A stretch of 64,000 bases of DNA from positions 1,994,514 to 2,058,513 of the forward strand of contig OZ244057.1 in the NCBI GenBank assembly GCA_965215515.1, in the 5' to 3' direction. Under the pieces are notes generated by a model that worked only from the letters and a program-made list of their open reading frames with translations, made no database searches and was not told the origin of the DNA. Source of the DNA: Oligoflexales bacterium. GTDB taxonomy: Bacteria > Bdellovibrionota_B > Oligoflexia > Oligoflexales > JAPPIL01. Positions 55,309-64,000 of the stretch are shown one piece after another (the first letter of the stretch is position 1; each line of letters begins with the position of its first letter). The translations under genes were made by a program, and so were the position numbers.

Positions 55309-55868
55309 TTAACCTTTTCCACGTAAGCACCAGAGCGTGTATCTATCTTCACGATATCACCTTTTTTGATATGGAAAGGAGCAGTCAGCGTCAAGCCTGT
55401 TTCGGTAGTCACTGGTTTGCCTCCTCCTGATGAGGTATCGCCTTTGATATTGGGCTGGGCTTCGCTAATCATTAAGGCGACGAAGGTGTCGATTTCGCAG
55501 GCGACAGGTTTACCGTTGTAGAAGGTGATTTTGACGGCACTGCCCTCCTTGAGGTAGTAGATGTTGTCATCCAATTCCGCCGCAGTTAGGACATACTGCT
55601 CATAGTTCTCGTTGTCCATGAAGTTGAAGTTGTTGCCCTCGCGGTAAAGGTATTCGGTGCTGCGCACCTGCAGGTCAGGAATACCTACTCGATCGACCCC
55701 CGCCTTGAAGGTAACCTCCAGCACCTGTGTCGTTTCAAGATTTTTGAGCCGCGTGCGCACGAACGCCGACCCTTTGCCAGGGTTGACGTGCTGAAAGCTG
55801 ATGATCGTCCACGGCTGTCCTTTGTATTCAATGCGTAGACCCTTGCGAAAGTCGGTTGTTTCGTACAT
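55305..55868 (-). CDS. efp: Elongation factor P
   Basis: [43 protein letters not shown] includes the modifiable Lys in PGKG. The start is taken at ATG 55868. The stop overlaps the accB start (ATGA). Confidence 0.92.
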   Translation of the reverse strand: MYETTDFRKGLRIEYKGQPWTIISFQHVNPGKGSAFVRTRLKNLETTQVLEVTFKAGVDRVGIPDLQVRSTEYLYREGNNFNFMDNENYEQYVLTAAELDDNIYYLKEGSAVKITFYNGKPVACEIDTFVALMISEAQPNIKGDTSSGGGKPVTTETGLTLTAPFHIKKGDIVKIDTRSGAYVEKVK

Positions 55869-55984
55869 GTGTGCTCCTACGCGGCCGAAAACGGCGTAGC
55901 TTACCTCGTGTGTTGCGCGACTGCAACTTTCTCTCTCCGTTCCCGCCATAGGCTTGCTGTGCGTCGCACGAAATGCCCTCGTCT

Positions 55985-56602
55985 TCAGTTTCCTCCTATC
56001 AGGCGACGGTGGCGTAGAATACGGTACAACGGGCCGCGAAAGTGGGCGAAGGCAACCTGTCGTGCTCTCTGCAAAGCCACACCAGGGCCGCGCAGTTCAC
56101 GTCCTGCGGTGACATGCACAACCGTGCCCCGTCCTCTGCCGCTGACTGTCTCCACTATCGCTACATGTCCTTCGTAAACAAGTAGATCGAGGGGGCGAAT
56201 GAGGCGCAGCTGTTTAGGCATGGTGACCAAGTGCCAAACCTTCTGGAGCGTTTGGGGTGATAGTTGCAGCATTTGTTTGGTGGTCAGATAGGGCATGGTC
56301 AATCCCGCGTGGTTAAAAACCTGATGCACGAAGTTGCTGCAATCGAGACTGCATTCGCGACAGGGGGCGCAAGTTTTGCTTTTGCTCTGCTTTGTCTCCC
56401 CCACGAGGCATTGCACACAAGCGGTGCAAGCTGCGACGCTGCTGACCTGTGTGCCGCCATAGACATAGGTGATGGCGTAGTCGCGCATCATCTGTGCGAC
56501 CACTGCAGTGACACGTTGGTGGTAAATTTGCCCCCTAGGTGGTTTGTGGCTCTTGGCAGCACCGCTTAGCAGTAGGGCACAAGCCAGTGTGGCTAGTCTC
56601 AT
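55985..56602 (-). CDS. NlpC/P60 (C40) family peptidase with a Cys-rich insertion
   Basis: The signal peptide reads MRLATLACALLLSGAAKS. YVYGG...DCSNFVHQVFNHAGL carries the catalytic Cys and LLVYEGHVAIV the His. The insertion CTACVQCLVGETKQSKSKTCAPCREC lies between them. Confidence 0.7.
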   Translation of the reverse strand: MRLATLACALLLSGAAKSHKPPRGQIYHQRVTAVVAQMMRDYAITYVYGGTQVSSVAACTACVQCLVGETKQSKSKTCAPCRECSLDCSNFVHQVFNHAGLTMPYLTTKQMLQLSPQTLQKVWHLVTMPKQLRLIRPLDLLVYEGHVAIVETVSGRGRGTVVHVTAGRELRGPGVALQRARQVAFAHFRGPLYRILRHRRLIGGN

Positions 56603-57984
56603 TGTCCATCCCGTAGCAGCAAGCTGATCATGTCTCCGACATCGCGGCGGTTGAGGAATTCCAGGTGTCGCACATGGTGCATCGGCACGGCGGTGACGTT
56701 GCCCTGCCGTGGGTGGAAAATACCGTCTGCACCTGTCGCGACGCTATCGTTGAGCGAATGCATGCAATAAACTTGCAGTGACGGTGGTATCTCGCTGTTG
56801 TGCAAGTCGCGCAGAAATAGGGAGTTGGGACGCATCTGCCACAGATCGTGCCACGCCAGCCCCAGCGGAGTCATCAACGCGATGTAGGTCAGCTTCGAGC
56901 CGCGAAAAGGTGTACCCATCGTGATTATCTTGTTGCAGTAGCGTGCGCCGTCGAGTTTCAACAACCACCACAGAGCGACGAGACCGCCCTTGGAATGAGC
57001 GACGATGTTGATTTTGTCGAAGTTGTGCAGGGCAAATAAATCCCGTAGCTTGTTGTCGATAAGTCGCGCCGAATCGATGATGTTCTCCGTGAAAAAAGCC
57101 CCCAACAGGCCGCCGAGATTGAAGCTGACGACATCATAACCTCTTGAAGTCAGAATACGCTCCGTAATCATCAGGCAGTTGCGAGAGGAAAAGAAACCGT
57201 ACAACAACAGCAGCGGTGTGCGTTGCGGGCTGAAGGCGGTGCGTTTGATCAGCTCGTTGTTTTCCTGCAACTCCTCGAGCAGTTCGTGGTAAATTGCTTT
57301 CATCTGGGCGATGAGCGAGGAATGGCGGCTCGACAGTTCCCAAGTCAGGGCAGGGATTAGCAGTACCAACGTCAAGAGCAGCAATACTAATATCGTGCGG
57401 GCGATAAAGTCAGCGTGTAGCGCAGCAAAGTGGGCGATCAGCAACGATTCAGGCAAGATGCCGATAAACGTGAAAATCACCACGTGCCGCACCCGAAAAG
57501 CCAGGAGACCGAAGGCAAACGAACAAAGATCGAAGTGCGCAAAGGGAAAGAGACGCAACAGCAGAATTACCTTGTAGTCCTGTGAGCGCATGAACTTGTG
57601 TGTACGGGGTAAATTGCGTTTCATCCACGGCACGACGATTTTTTTGCCGACGAGACGGGCGAGGAAGAACACGACCAAGCCCGACAACACCGCCCCGATA
57701 GCATTGCTCAGTGCTCCCCCCACCGTGCCGAAGCTTTCCGCCGCGATCGCGGGCAACAAGGAAACAGGAGTAAAGACAAACGGACGGATGATTGCCAGCA
57801 ACAAGAACCGCGGTAACTGCAGAGGTTCGTAAGCGCCCAAACAACCACGCAAGGAGTTGCCGCAAACATTCTGCCAAAAGGATGTCGCGACGAACAGCGC
57901 GACAGCAATCAGCAACACTTCGACAGTGAAGACGGTTCTAAGCCTGCTGGTTCTGAAAAATAAGCGCATCGCTAACACCTGCAC
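56599..57984 (-). CDS. Fusion protein: DedA/TVP38-TMEM64 (SNARE-associated) membrane domain plus C-terminal alpha/beta-hydrolase (lipase/esterase-like) domain
   Basis: The N-terminal half is polytopic and reads FGTVGGALSNAIGAVLSGLVVFFLAR...LRLFPFAHFDLCSFAFG. The C-terminal half has a GxSxG-type nucleophile elbow, NIVAHSKGGLVALWW. The stop overlaps the NlpC/P60 start (ATGA). Confidence 0.7.
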   Translation of the reverse strand: MQVLAMRLFFRTSRLRTVFTVEVLLIAVALFVATSFWQNVCGNSLRGCLGAYEPLQLPRFLLLAIIRPFVFTPVSLLPAIAAESFGTVGGALSNAIGAVLSGLVVFFLARLVGKKIVVPWMKRNLPRTHKFMRSQDYKVILLLRLFPFAHFDLCSFAFGLLAFRVRHVVIFTFIGILPESLLIAHFAALHADFIARTILVLLLLTLVLLIPALTWELSSRHSSLIAQMKAIYHELLEELQENNELIKRTAFSPQRTPLLLLYGFFSSRNCLMITERILTSRGYDVVSFNLGGLLGAFFTENIIDSARLIDNKLRDLFALHNFDKINIVAHSKGGLVALWWLLKLDGARYCNKIITMGTPFRGSKLTYIALMTPLGLAWHDLWQMRPNSLFLRDLHNSEIPPSLQVYCMHSLNDSVATGADGIFHPRQGNVTAVPMHHVRHLEFLNRRDVGDMISLLLRDGQ

Positions 57985-58209
57985 CTATTTTAGCAGATTA
58001 CGACCCCGTTGATGAATAGCTCGGGTTAACGAACGGTGCCCTGAGTCCCGTGGGTAGGGCGCTGTTAGGCAAGGAGCAAACCAGCCTCGTTGAGAAGATC
58101 GTCGTTAACCCACTGGAGAACGCACGTGCTGAGCTAGAGTTTGTCCTGCGGAATTTATCCACACCCCTACGTAACGGAGAGGTCGGAAATTGTCTATCGG
58201 TACCTCGGA

Positions 58210-58283
58210 TGGGTCTGGGGGGACTCGAACCTCCGACCTCACGCTTATCAGGCGTGTACTCTAACCAGCTGAGCTACAGACCC
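58210..58283 (-). tRNA. tRNA-Ile (anticodon GAU)
   Basis: The reverse complement is GGGTCTGTAGCTCAGCTGGTTAGAGTACACGCCTGATAAGCGTGAGGTCGGAGGTTCGAGTCCCCCCAGACCCA, with anticodon loop CTGATAA. There is one A-C mismatch in the T stem. It is not part of an rRNA operon here. Confidence 0.85.
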
Positions 58284-58358
58284 CACGTCGCACACTTACA
58301 GGAATTGCAACAGAATGTGAAGAGAAAGTGTAACTCACGCGCCTCAGTAGGTGTGTTT

Positions 58359-59771
58359 TTAGGCGGCGGGAGGTGGCTCGATAATGCCGCGGGGAAATAT
58401 TTTGTTGAGTGCGTTGAAGGCCGCGATTTTGTAGCCCTCGGCTAGGGTCGGGTAGTTGTAGACGACGTGGAGCAGATCCTGCGCCGTGCAGTTTTTTTCC
58501 ATGAATATCATACCGATATGAATAAGCTCGCATGCGCCTTCACCGACGATATGCACCCCGAGCAACTTGTAGGTGCGCTTACAGACAAGCAGTTTTAGTT
58601 TGCCGTGACTATCGCCACGAATATAGCCACGCGCTATTTCTCGGTAACCTGCGCGACCGACGACATACTCTCGCCCCGCGGCGCGCAGTTGTTCTTCTGT
58701 CACACCAACACTGGAAAGTTCGGGAATTGTGTACACCCCGATGGGGTAGTTGTGGGGAAAACGCAAGCCGTGCAGGCCGAACGCATTGCTCGCCGCTACC
58801 CGCCCTTGATAGGAGGAAGTTGCGGCCAGGGCAGGCACTCCGATGACATCGCCCGCGGCGTAAATGGAAGGCACACTGCTCTGAAAATCAGCGTTGACGA
58901 CAATCATCCCGCGCTCGTCGCACTCAACGCCTACTGCCGCGGCGTTGATGTGATCGCTGTTCGCGGTCCGTCCTGCCGCGAAAAAGAACACGTCGGTGAC
59001 ATGTGTTTCTTCCCCGAGCGTTACCGCGACCGTGGTATCGTCAGGTTCGATCGTGTGCAACTCCCGCGCGAGCAAAAACTGCACTCCCATCGCCTGCATC
59101 GAATCCCGCAGCTCGGTGGCAATCTCACGATCGATCCCTGGCATGATGTGTGGGCGAGAGTCGGCAAGCAACGTCTCCACTCCCAGCGCAGCAAAGATAC
59201 AGGCATACTCGCAGCCGATGATCCCCGCGCCGTAGATGATAATACGATTGGGGGCGTGTTCCAACTGCAACACTTCGTCCGAGTCGATTACCCGCCAACC
59301 ATCGAAAGGCACGGAGGCAGGACGACGCGGCCGCGAACCCGTGGCAATCAAAATACGCGTCGCGGTGATGGCCTGAGTGCTTTCCTTCTGCTGTAGCATA
59401 ACCGTCTGTGCGTTCTCGAGCTTGCCTTCACCTGCCAGTAACTGCACGCTGTTTTTGGCGAGGTAACGCCGCACGTGTTCCTCCTGACGCTGGGCTGCAT
59501 GCCGTGCCCTCGCAAACAAACGCCCCGCCAACATGGCCTGCACAATACGTGCCGACCACTGTGCCCCCGATTGGGCACGCACGCTGTTGGTCATCGCCAA
59601 CACCTCGCGCAAAGTCTTCGACGGTAGCGTGCCCGTCTGAATCCACGCCCCACCGATACTCTCAAAATTCTTCTCGATAACACAGACCCGTTTGCCCAAC
59701 TTGGCCGCCTGCACCGCGGCACTTACCCCCGCGGGGCCTGAACCGATGATTGCCAAATCATAACCAACCAT
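58359..59771 (-). CDS. sthA: Soluble pyridine nucleotide transhydrogenase-like flavoprotein (SthA/UdhA type)
   Basis: YDLAIIGSGPAGVSAA binds FAD. GGAWIQTGTLPSKTL lacks the redox CxxxxC of Lpd, as in SthA. YGAGIIGCEYA binds NAD(P). The start is taken at ATG 59771. Confidence 0.75.
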   Translation of the reverse strand: MVGYDLAIIGSGPAGVSAAVQAAKLGKRVCVIEKNFESIGGAWIQTGTLPSKTLREVLAMTNSVRAQSGAQWSARIVQAMLAGRLFARARHAAQRQEEHVRRYLAKNSVQLLAGEGKLENAQTVMLQQKESTQAITATRILIATGSRPRRPASVPFDGWRVIDSDEVLQLEHAPNRIIIYGAGIIGCEYACIFAALGVETLLADSRPHIMPGIDREIATELRDSMQAMGVQFLLARELHTIEPDDTTVAVTLGEETHVTDVFFFAAGRTANSDHINAAAVGVECDERGMIVVNADFQSSVPSIYAAGDVIGVPALAATSSYQGRVAASNAFGLHGLRFPHNYPIGVYTIPELSSVGVTEEQLRAAGREYVVGRAGYREIARGYIRGDSHGKLKLLVCKRTYKLLGVHIVGEGACELIHIGMIFMEKNCTAQDLLHVVYNYPTLAEGYKIAAFNALNKIFPRGIIEPPPAA

Positions 59772-59923
59772 TGCGCCGCATCTTGTCGGGTTAATGCACC
59801 TGCTTTTTGAGCTATTTTTTCCTGAGTTCCGCAGGCAAATTAGCATTGTTGCCTAAGTCGATGTGTTTCCAGGCACTACGAGTCAGTTTGGCAAATATAC
59901 CTTCACTATGCCGTTGCGGAGGA

Positions 59924-61063
59924 TTATTTCTGAATGGTGAGTTTGACCTTCTTGCGCGCGAGCGGTAACTTAACGGTAAGGGTGCTGCCCTTGTTGAGGG
60001 TGCTGCGCACATCGAGACTGCCGTCGTGATCCTTGATAATCCCGTAGCAGATAGACAGTCCGAGCCCTGTGCCGTCACCTGGCTGACGTGTCGTGAAAAA
60101 GGGCTCGAAGATGCGCTTGATATGTTCCTGCGGAATACCAACACCCGTGTCGGAGATACTGAACACCCCGTATTTGCAGTTGGTTTCGGCATTGATTTCG
60201 GTCTGCGCCATCAGGGTTATTGTGCCTCCTTGTGGCATGGCATGGGCGGCATTTTGAATTAAATTCAAAAAAACTTGAATTAATTTGTTGCGCTCGCCAA
60301 AGACAACTATGTCATCTTCGGGATAATTTTCGATCACTTTTGTGTTACTGTTGAAACTAACTTTGGCAAAATTTAGCGCAGCCTTGAACGCTTCTACCGC
60401 CGAGACCGACGAGCGTTTGTCGCCTTCTGTTGCCCCCCGATGCCGCGCAAATTCCAATAACGACGACACAATTGCCTTGCATCTTTGTGTTGCCGCCTCG
60501 ATCTCCACGACATCCTTGTAATGCGGAGAGTCTTTATCGAGCTCTTTCAGTAAAATTTGTGCAAACGCGAGAATACCACCGAGAGGGTTATTTATTTCAT
60601 GTGCTACGCCACTCGACAGTAAACCGATCGAGGCAAGTTTTTCCTGCTGTACAATTTTATCTTGCAGGTTTTTTGTTTCAGTACGATCGTGATAAATCTG
60701 CACCGTGCCTGTAACCTCTTCCTTGGAATTTTTCAGTGGCTGTGAAGTAACTTCATAAAAACGTTCCCCACTTTGCATCTCCCAATTACGAGTGGATTTG
60801 TTGTCTATTGCCTCTCGCATAGCACATTCAGGACAAGGGCTGCTACGATTAGCAAAAATTTTGTAGCAAGTCTTGCCCACAACATCAGTGACAGGCAAGT
60901 TTGTAACTCTTGCCATAGCAAGATTAGAGCGAATAATTCTATAATCTTTGTCAACCAGCATCAGTGGATCGATCAAAGCATCGATTGTCTCCAGCCATTG
61001 TTGTTTCAGATCTTCAACAAAACTAACGAGATCACGTTCTTCAAGTTTGATCGCTTGTGCCAT
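59924..61063 (-). CDS. Cytoplasmic PAS-domain sensor histidine kinase
   Basis: A PAS-like N-terminal half is followed by the H-box LLSSGVAHEINNPLGGI and HATPase_c (NLIQNAAHAM, GTGLGLSICYGIIKDHDGS). No TM segments are present. The start lies 10 nt after the lon stop. Confidence 0.85.
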   Translation of the reverse strand: MAQAIKLEERDLVSFVEDLKQQWLETIDALIDPLMLVDKDYRIIRSNLAMARVTNLPVTDVVGKTCYKIFANRSSPCPECAMREAIDNKSTRNWEMQSGERFYEVTSQPLKNSKEEVTGTVQIYHDRTETKNLQDKIVQQEKLASIGLLSSGVAHEINNPLGGILAFAQILLKELDKDSPHYKDVVEIEAATQRCKAIVSSLLEFARHRGATEGDKRSSVSAVEAFKAALNFAKVSFNSNTKVIENYPEDDIVVFGERNKLIQVFLNLIQNAAHAMPQGGTITLMAQTEINAETNCKYGVFSISDTGVGIPQEHIKRIFEPFFTTRQPGDGTGLGLSICYGIIKDHDGSLDVRSTLNKGSTLTVKLPLARKKVKLTIQK

Positions 61064-61072
61064 TGGTAATCC

Positions 61073-63574
61073 TCAATGTGCGAAGGAAAGGTTTTCGTTA
61101 TCGACATTACCGCCTGTAATTTTTTTTAATTTTTGAAACAGCATGTCAGGTTTTTCTTGAATGTTTTTCCATACCAGCGCATGCATAAGGACATCATCCA
61201 TGTGATCGACAGTGATGATTTTTAGTTCTTTCAGCACTGTCTTGGGCAACTCATTAAGATGGTCACCATTTTCTTTAGGGATAAGAATTTTACGAATGCC
61301 ACCACGGTGTGCTGCGAGAATTTTTTCCTTCAAACCACCGATAGGAATGACTCGTCCCTGTAATGTCACTTCGCCTGTCATGGCAATGTCTTTACTGATG
61401 GGACGCTCAGTCAAAGCTGAGGTAAGAGCTGTGGCAATACAGATACCAGCCGAAGGGCCGTCTTTCGGTATCGCCCCTTCAGGGATATGGATATGGATGT
61501 CTAATTTCTGGTAAAAATCGGAGTTAAGATCAAGAAACTGTGCGCGCGAACGCACGTAGCTGAGTGCGGCATGCGCTGATTCCTGCATGACTTCACCGAG
61601 CTTGCCCGTAATCGTTAGTTTACCCTTGCCTGGCAAGACAGCTACTTCACAGACGAGCAAATCACCCCCGACCTCCGTCCAGGCCATGCCCGTGCACAAA
61701 CCGACCTCATGTTCGGTATGCTGCACACCGACACGAAATTTACGTGCACCGAGATAATGTTGCACCGATTTAACGGTAATTGTCTCGATAATTTTAAAAT
61801 TATCGTTGCTCATCTCAGTCACAGTCGCAGTTTGCTCTGTTACTACACGAGGTGTGTTCTGTTGACTTTCACGTTTGCTCAAGTGACGACGTGCAACTTT
61901 GCGACATATCGTGCCTATTTCGCGTTCAAGATTACGCACCCCCGCTTCTTTGGTGTAGTAGGTGACCAGTTCTCGTAATGCTTGTGTGTGAAAACGTAAA
62001 TTGTGTTTCTTATCCAAACCATTCTCATGTAACTGCTTGGGAACAAGATACTGTTTAGCAATCTGAATTTTTTCTTCTTCAGTGTAGCCAGCGATAGAAA
62101 TTATTTCCATGCGATCCAATAGCGGCTTAGGCACATTGTGTAGCGAATTGGCAGTAGCTACAAACAGACATTTTGAGAGATCATAATCAAGATCGAGATA
62201 ATGATCAGCAAAGTTGCTGTTCTGCTCGGGATCAAGTACCTCCAACAGAGCCGAAGCAGGATCGCCACGAAAATCCTGACTCATCTTGTCGATTTCATCG
62301 AGCAACATAACGGGGTTAGAGTAATTTACTTTTTTGATAGCAAGGATAGGCTTACCAGGCATCGAGCCGATGTAAGTACGGCGATGTCCACGAATTTCAG
62401 CCTCATCCCGCACCCCACCGAGTGAAATACGAGTAAACTTACGCCCCGTTGCCTTGGCGATACTGCGTGCTAGGGAAGTTTTCCCCACGCCAGGCGGGCC
62501 GACTAAACATAGAATCGGACCCTTCGAAGTCTCTGTCAGCGAACGCACAGAAAGGTATTCGAGAATGCGATCTTTAACCTTTTCCAGCCCATAATGGTCG
62601 TTGTCAAGCGTTGCCGCGGCAAAACCTAAATCACGTATTTCTTTGATATATTCACCCCAAGGCAACGATAGCACCGTCTCGATATAATTGCGTACCACCG
62701 TTGCCTCAGCCGACATGGTGGACATCATTTTTAATTTGCGTAATTCTTTTTTTAGTTTTTCGCTAGCTTCTCTAGATAGTTTTTTGTTTTTTATTTGATT
62801 TTCAATTTCACTAACTTCGGTACGACCGTCGTCACGTTCACCGAGTTCTTTTTGGATAGCGGCCATTTGTTCGTTTAGATAGTATTCTTTTTGGGTACGT
62901 TCCATTTGGTTTTTCACTCTGGCTTTAATTTTGCGTTCAACTTGCATGATTTCTACTTCGGAGTGAATGTGGCTGTAGATTTCTTCGAGGCGTTTGCGCG
63001 GGTCGGTTTCTGCTAGTAATTTCTGGCGTTGTTTGAGGCGTAAGTTGACGAGGTGGGCAACGAGAGTATCGGCGAGTTTAGACTCGTCTTCTATCTGTTG
63101 AATGGAGATCAGCATTTCGGGTGGAATGCGTTTATTGAGGCGTACATAGTTGTCGAATGAGAGACGCACAGCACGGGTAAGTGCCTCACTTTCCAGACCG
63201 CGGGAGGGATGATCAGGCAACCGTTGTGCTTCGACCATAAAATAATCATCTTCGTGCACGTAGCGGATAATTTTGGCCCGTGCTTTGCCTTCCACTAGCA
63301 CTTTTATTGTGCCGTCAGGTAGTTTGAGAAATTGTAAGATAGAAGAGATTGTGCCAACATCGTAGATATCGTCAGCAGTTGGGTCATTGACACGTGGTTT
63401 TATCTGCGCAGCGAGCAAAATTTCTTTGTTGCCAGACATGGCTTCCTCAATAGCGCGAATAGATCTTTCTCGTCCGACAAACAGGGGCACGGCAGTGGCA
63501 GGGAACACTAAGATATCCCGCAGGGGCAATAAGGGAATCCTTACCACGCCGACACCGCGACCTGAAGTGGGCAT
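61073..63574 (-). CDS. lon: ATP-dependent Lon protease
   Basis: The LON N-domain reads [13 protein letters not shown] and Walker A is [15 protein letters not shown]. The protease domain has [18 protein letters not shown] with the catalytic Ser. Confidence 0.97.
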   Translation of the reverse strand: MPTSGRGVGVVRIPLLPLRDILVFPATAVPLFVGRERSIRAIEEAMSGNKEILLAAQIKPRVNDPTADDIYDVGTISSILQFLKLPDGTIKVLVEGKARAKIIRYVHEDDYFMVEAQRLPDHPSRGLESEALTRAVRLSFDNYVRLNKRIPPEMLISIQQIEDESKLADTLVAHLVNLRLKQRQKLLAETDPRKRLEEIYSHIHSEVEIMQVERKIKARVKNQMERTQKEYYLNEQMAAIQKELGERDDGRTEVSEIENQIKNKKLSREASEKLKKELRKLKMMSTMSAEATVVRNYIETVLSLPWGEYIKEIRDLGFAAATLDNDHYGLEKVKDRILEYLSVRSLTETSKGPILCLVGPPGVGKTSLARSIAKATGRKFTRISLGGVRDEAEIRGHRRTYIGSMPGKPILAIKKVNYSNPVMLLDEIDKMSQDFRGDPASALLEVLDPEQNSNFADHYLDLDYDLSKCLFVATANSLHNVPKPLLDRMEIISIAGYTEEEKIQIAKQYLVPKQLHENGLDKKHNLRFHTQALRELVTYYTKEAGVRNLEREIGTICRKVARRHLSKRESQQNTPRVVTEQTATVTEMSNDNFKIIETITVKSVQHYLGARKFRVGVQHTEHEVGLCTGMAWTEVGGDLLVCEVAVLPGKGKLTITGKLGEVMQESAHAALSYVRSRAQFLDLNSDFYQKLDIHIHIPEGAIPKDGPSAGICIATALTSALTERPISKDIAMTGEVTLQGRVIPIGGLKEKILAAHRGGIRKILIPKENGDHLNELPKTVLKELKIITVDHMDDVLMHALVWKNIQEKPDMLFQKLKKITGGNVDNENLSFAH

Positions 63575-63607
63575 GATGCGCCTCCTTTGCGTGCTGCAGT
63601 TGTGCTT

Positions 63608-63622
63608 ATAGAATCATTCTAT
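63608..63622 (-). promoter_or_regulatory. 15-bp perfect palindrome ATAGAATnATTCTAT in the lon upstream region
   Basis: The palindrome lies 34-48 nt upstream of the lon ATG. It contains TAGAAT / TATAAG-like -10 candidates, so it may be an operator overlapping the promoter. Confidence 0.3.
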
Positions 63623-63811
63623 CGCATCAAATTGGCAGATGCTAGGCGTGTCGCTGGTCTTTTATTGCTCGGCGTTATGTCCACCTCTTCTGTCAGGTTA
63701 ATCTATCGTTCAAGTTGATGGGATAGCAAAAAAACCTAGACACGGCCTCTCTGTCGTTGCTAGACTGCTGCAGGTGGGTAGGGGTAATGATTTGAGAAAG
63801 GAAAGCGATAG

Positions 63812-64000
63812 ATGACGAAGCGAGATGCATGGCGTGATTGGATGCCGCGTGCCTTTCAGTGGCTGGAAGAGTTACAACTGGAGACCGTGACTGGTTTAGG
63901 GCGCGGGGCGTTGCACATCGTACCGACCACCTGTGCGCAAGGCGAGATGCCGCAGGCGGACACGGCGGCACTGCCCGCCGATTTTGCGGAGCGTGTAGGT
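63812..64000 (+). CDS. Hypothetical protein, N-terminal fragment (continues past the window end)
   Basis: ATG 63812 follows GAGAAAGGAAAG. The frame stays open to the window end (MTKRDAWRDWMPRAFQWLEELQLETVTGLGRGALHIVPTT...). I recognised no family. Confidence 0.4.
   Translation, partial: MTKRDAWRDWMPRAFQWLEELQLETVTGLGRGALHIVPTTCAQGEMPQADTAALPADFAERVG

Noticed and set aside
59800-63600. The lower GC of the lon and histidine kinase region, considered as a sign of horizontal transfer.
   Set aside because: Lon is a universal core gene and tuf shows similar composition. The composition shift here is mild compared with the three clear AT-rich islands.
63693-63971. A 92-aa minus-strand ORF at the window end.
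   Set aside because: It overlaps a plus-strand ORF that has a proper SD and ATG (63812) and more protein-like composition. The minus-strand ORF has no start context.

Overview
This is a chromosomal window from a Gram-negative bacterium. The many secreted serine proteases, lipoproteins and a type IV pilin hint at a delta-proteobacterial or Bdellovibrionota-like lifestyle, but that is only a guess. Most of the window is housekeeping: the rpoC 3' end, metK, ruvAB, epmA, a thr-tyr-gly-thr tRNA cluster feeding into tuf (E. coli thrU-tyrU-glyT-thrT-tufB order), a SpoU methyltransferase, tadA, cysS, clpS-clpA, gmk, relA/spoT, prmC, pgi, fadD, ddl-lspA-clpC-like, efp-accB-accC, tRNA-Ile, sthA, a PAS histidine kinase and lon. 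No rRNA, CRISPR array, transposase or prophage genes were seen. Seven things stand out. (1) An AT-rich, self-contained two-gene cassette at 14.1-16.3 kb encodes an MBL-fold hydrolase translationally coupled to a patatin-like phospholipase. It has its own promoter region and terminator and matches no named defence system I can recall, so it is my best candidate for an undescribed defence or toxin module. (2) Three tandem 95-bp repeats lie inside the tRNA-tuf operon, each a 5'-truncated tRNA-Gly copy with an insertion. (3) A roughly 1300-aa secreted or lipoprotein-like protein directly after rpoC carries protein-kinase-like catalytic motifs. (4) A Xer-like recombinase homologue has lost nearly all catalytic residues and is coupled to tadA. 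(5) An S8 protease with a Cys-containing C-terminal sorting-like tail sits in an overlapping operon with a small Cys-rich membrane protein and a helical lipoprotein, upstream of clpSA. (6) Two further AT-rich islands hold an S8-like protease with a long helical C-terminal extension, and a sulfatase/LtaS-like gene split by one in-frame TAA. (7) A DedA/TVP38 and alpha/beta-hydrolase fusion is coupled to an NlpC/P60 peptidase. All family assignments come from motif recognition by eye; no searches were run.
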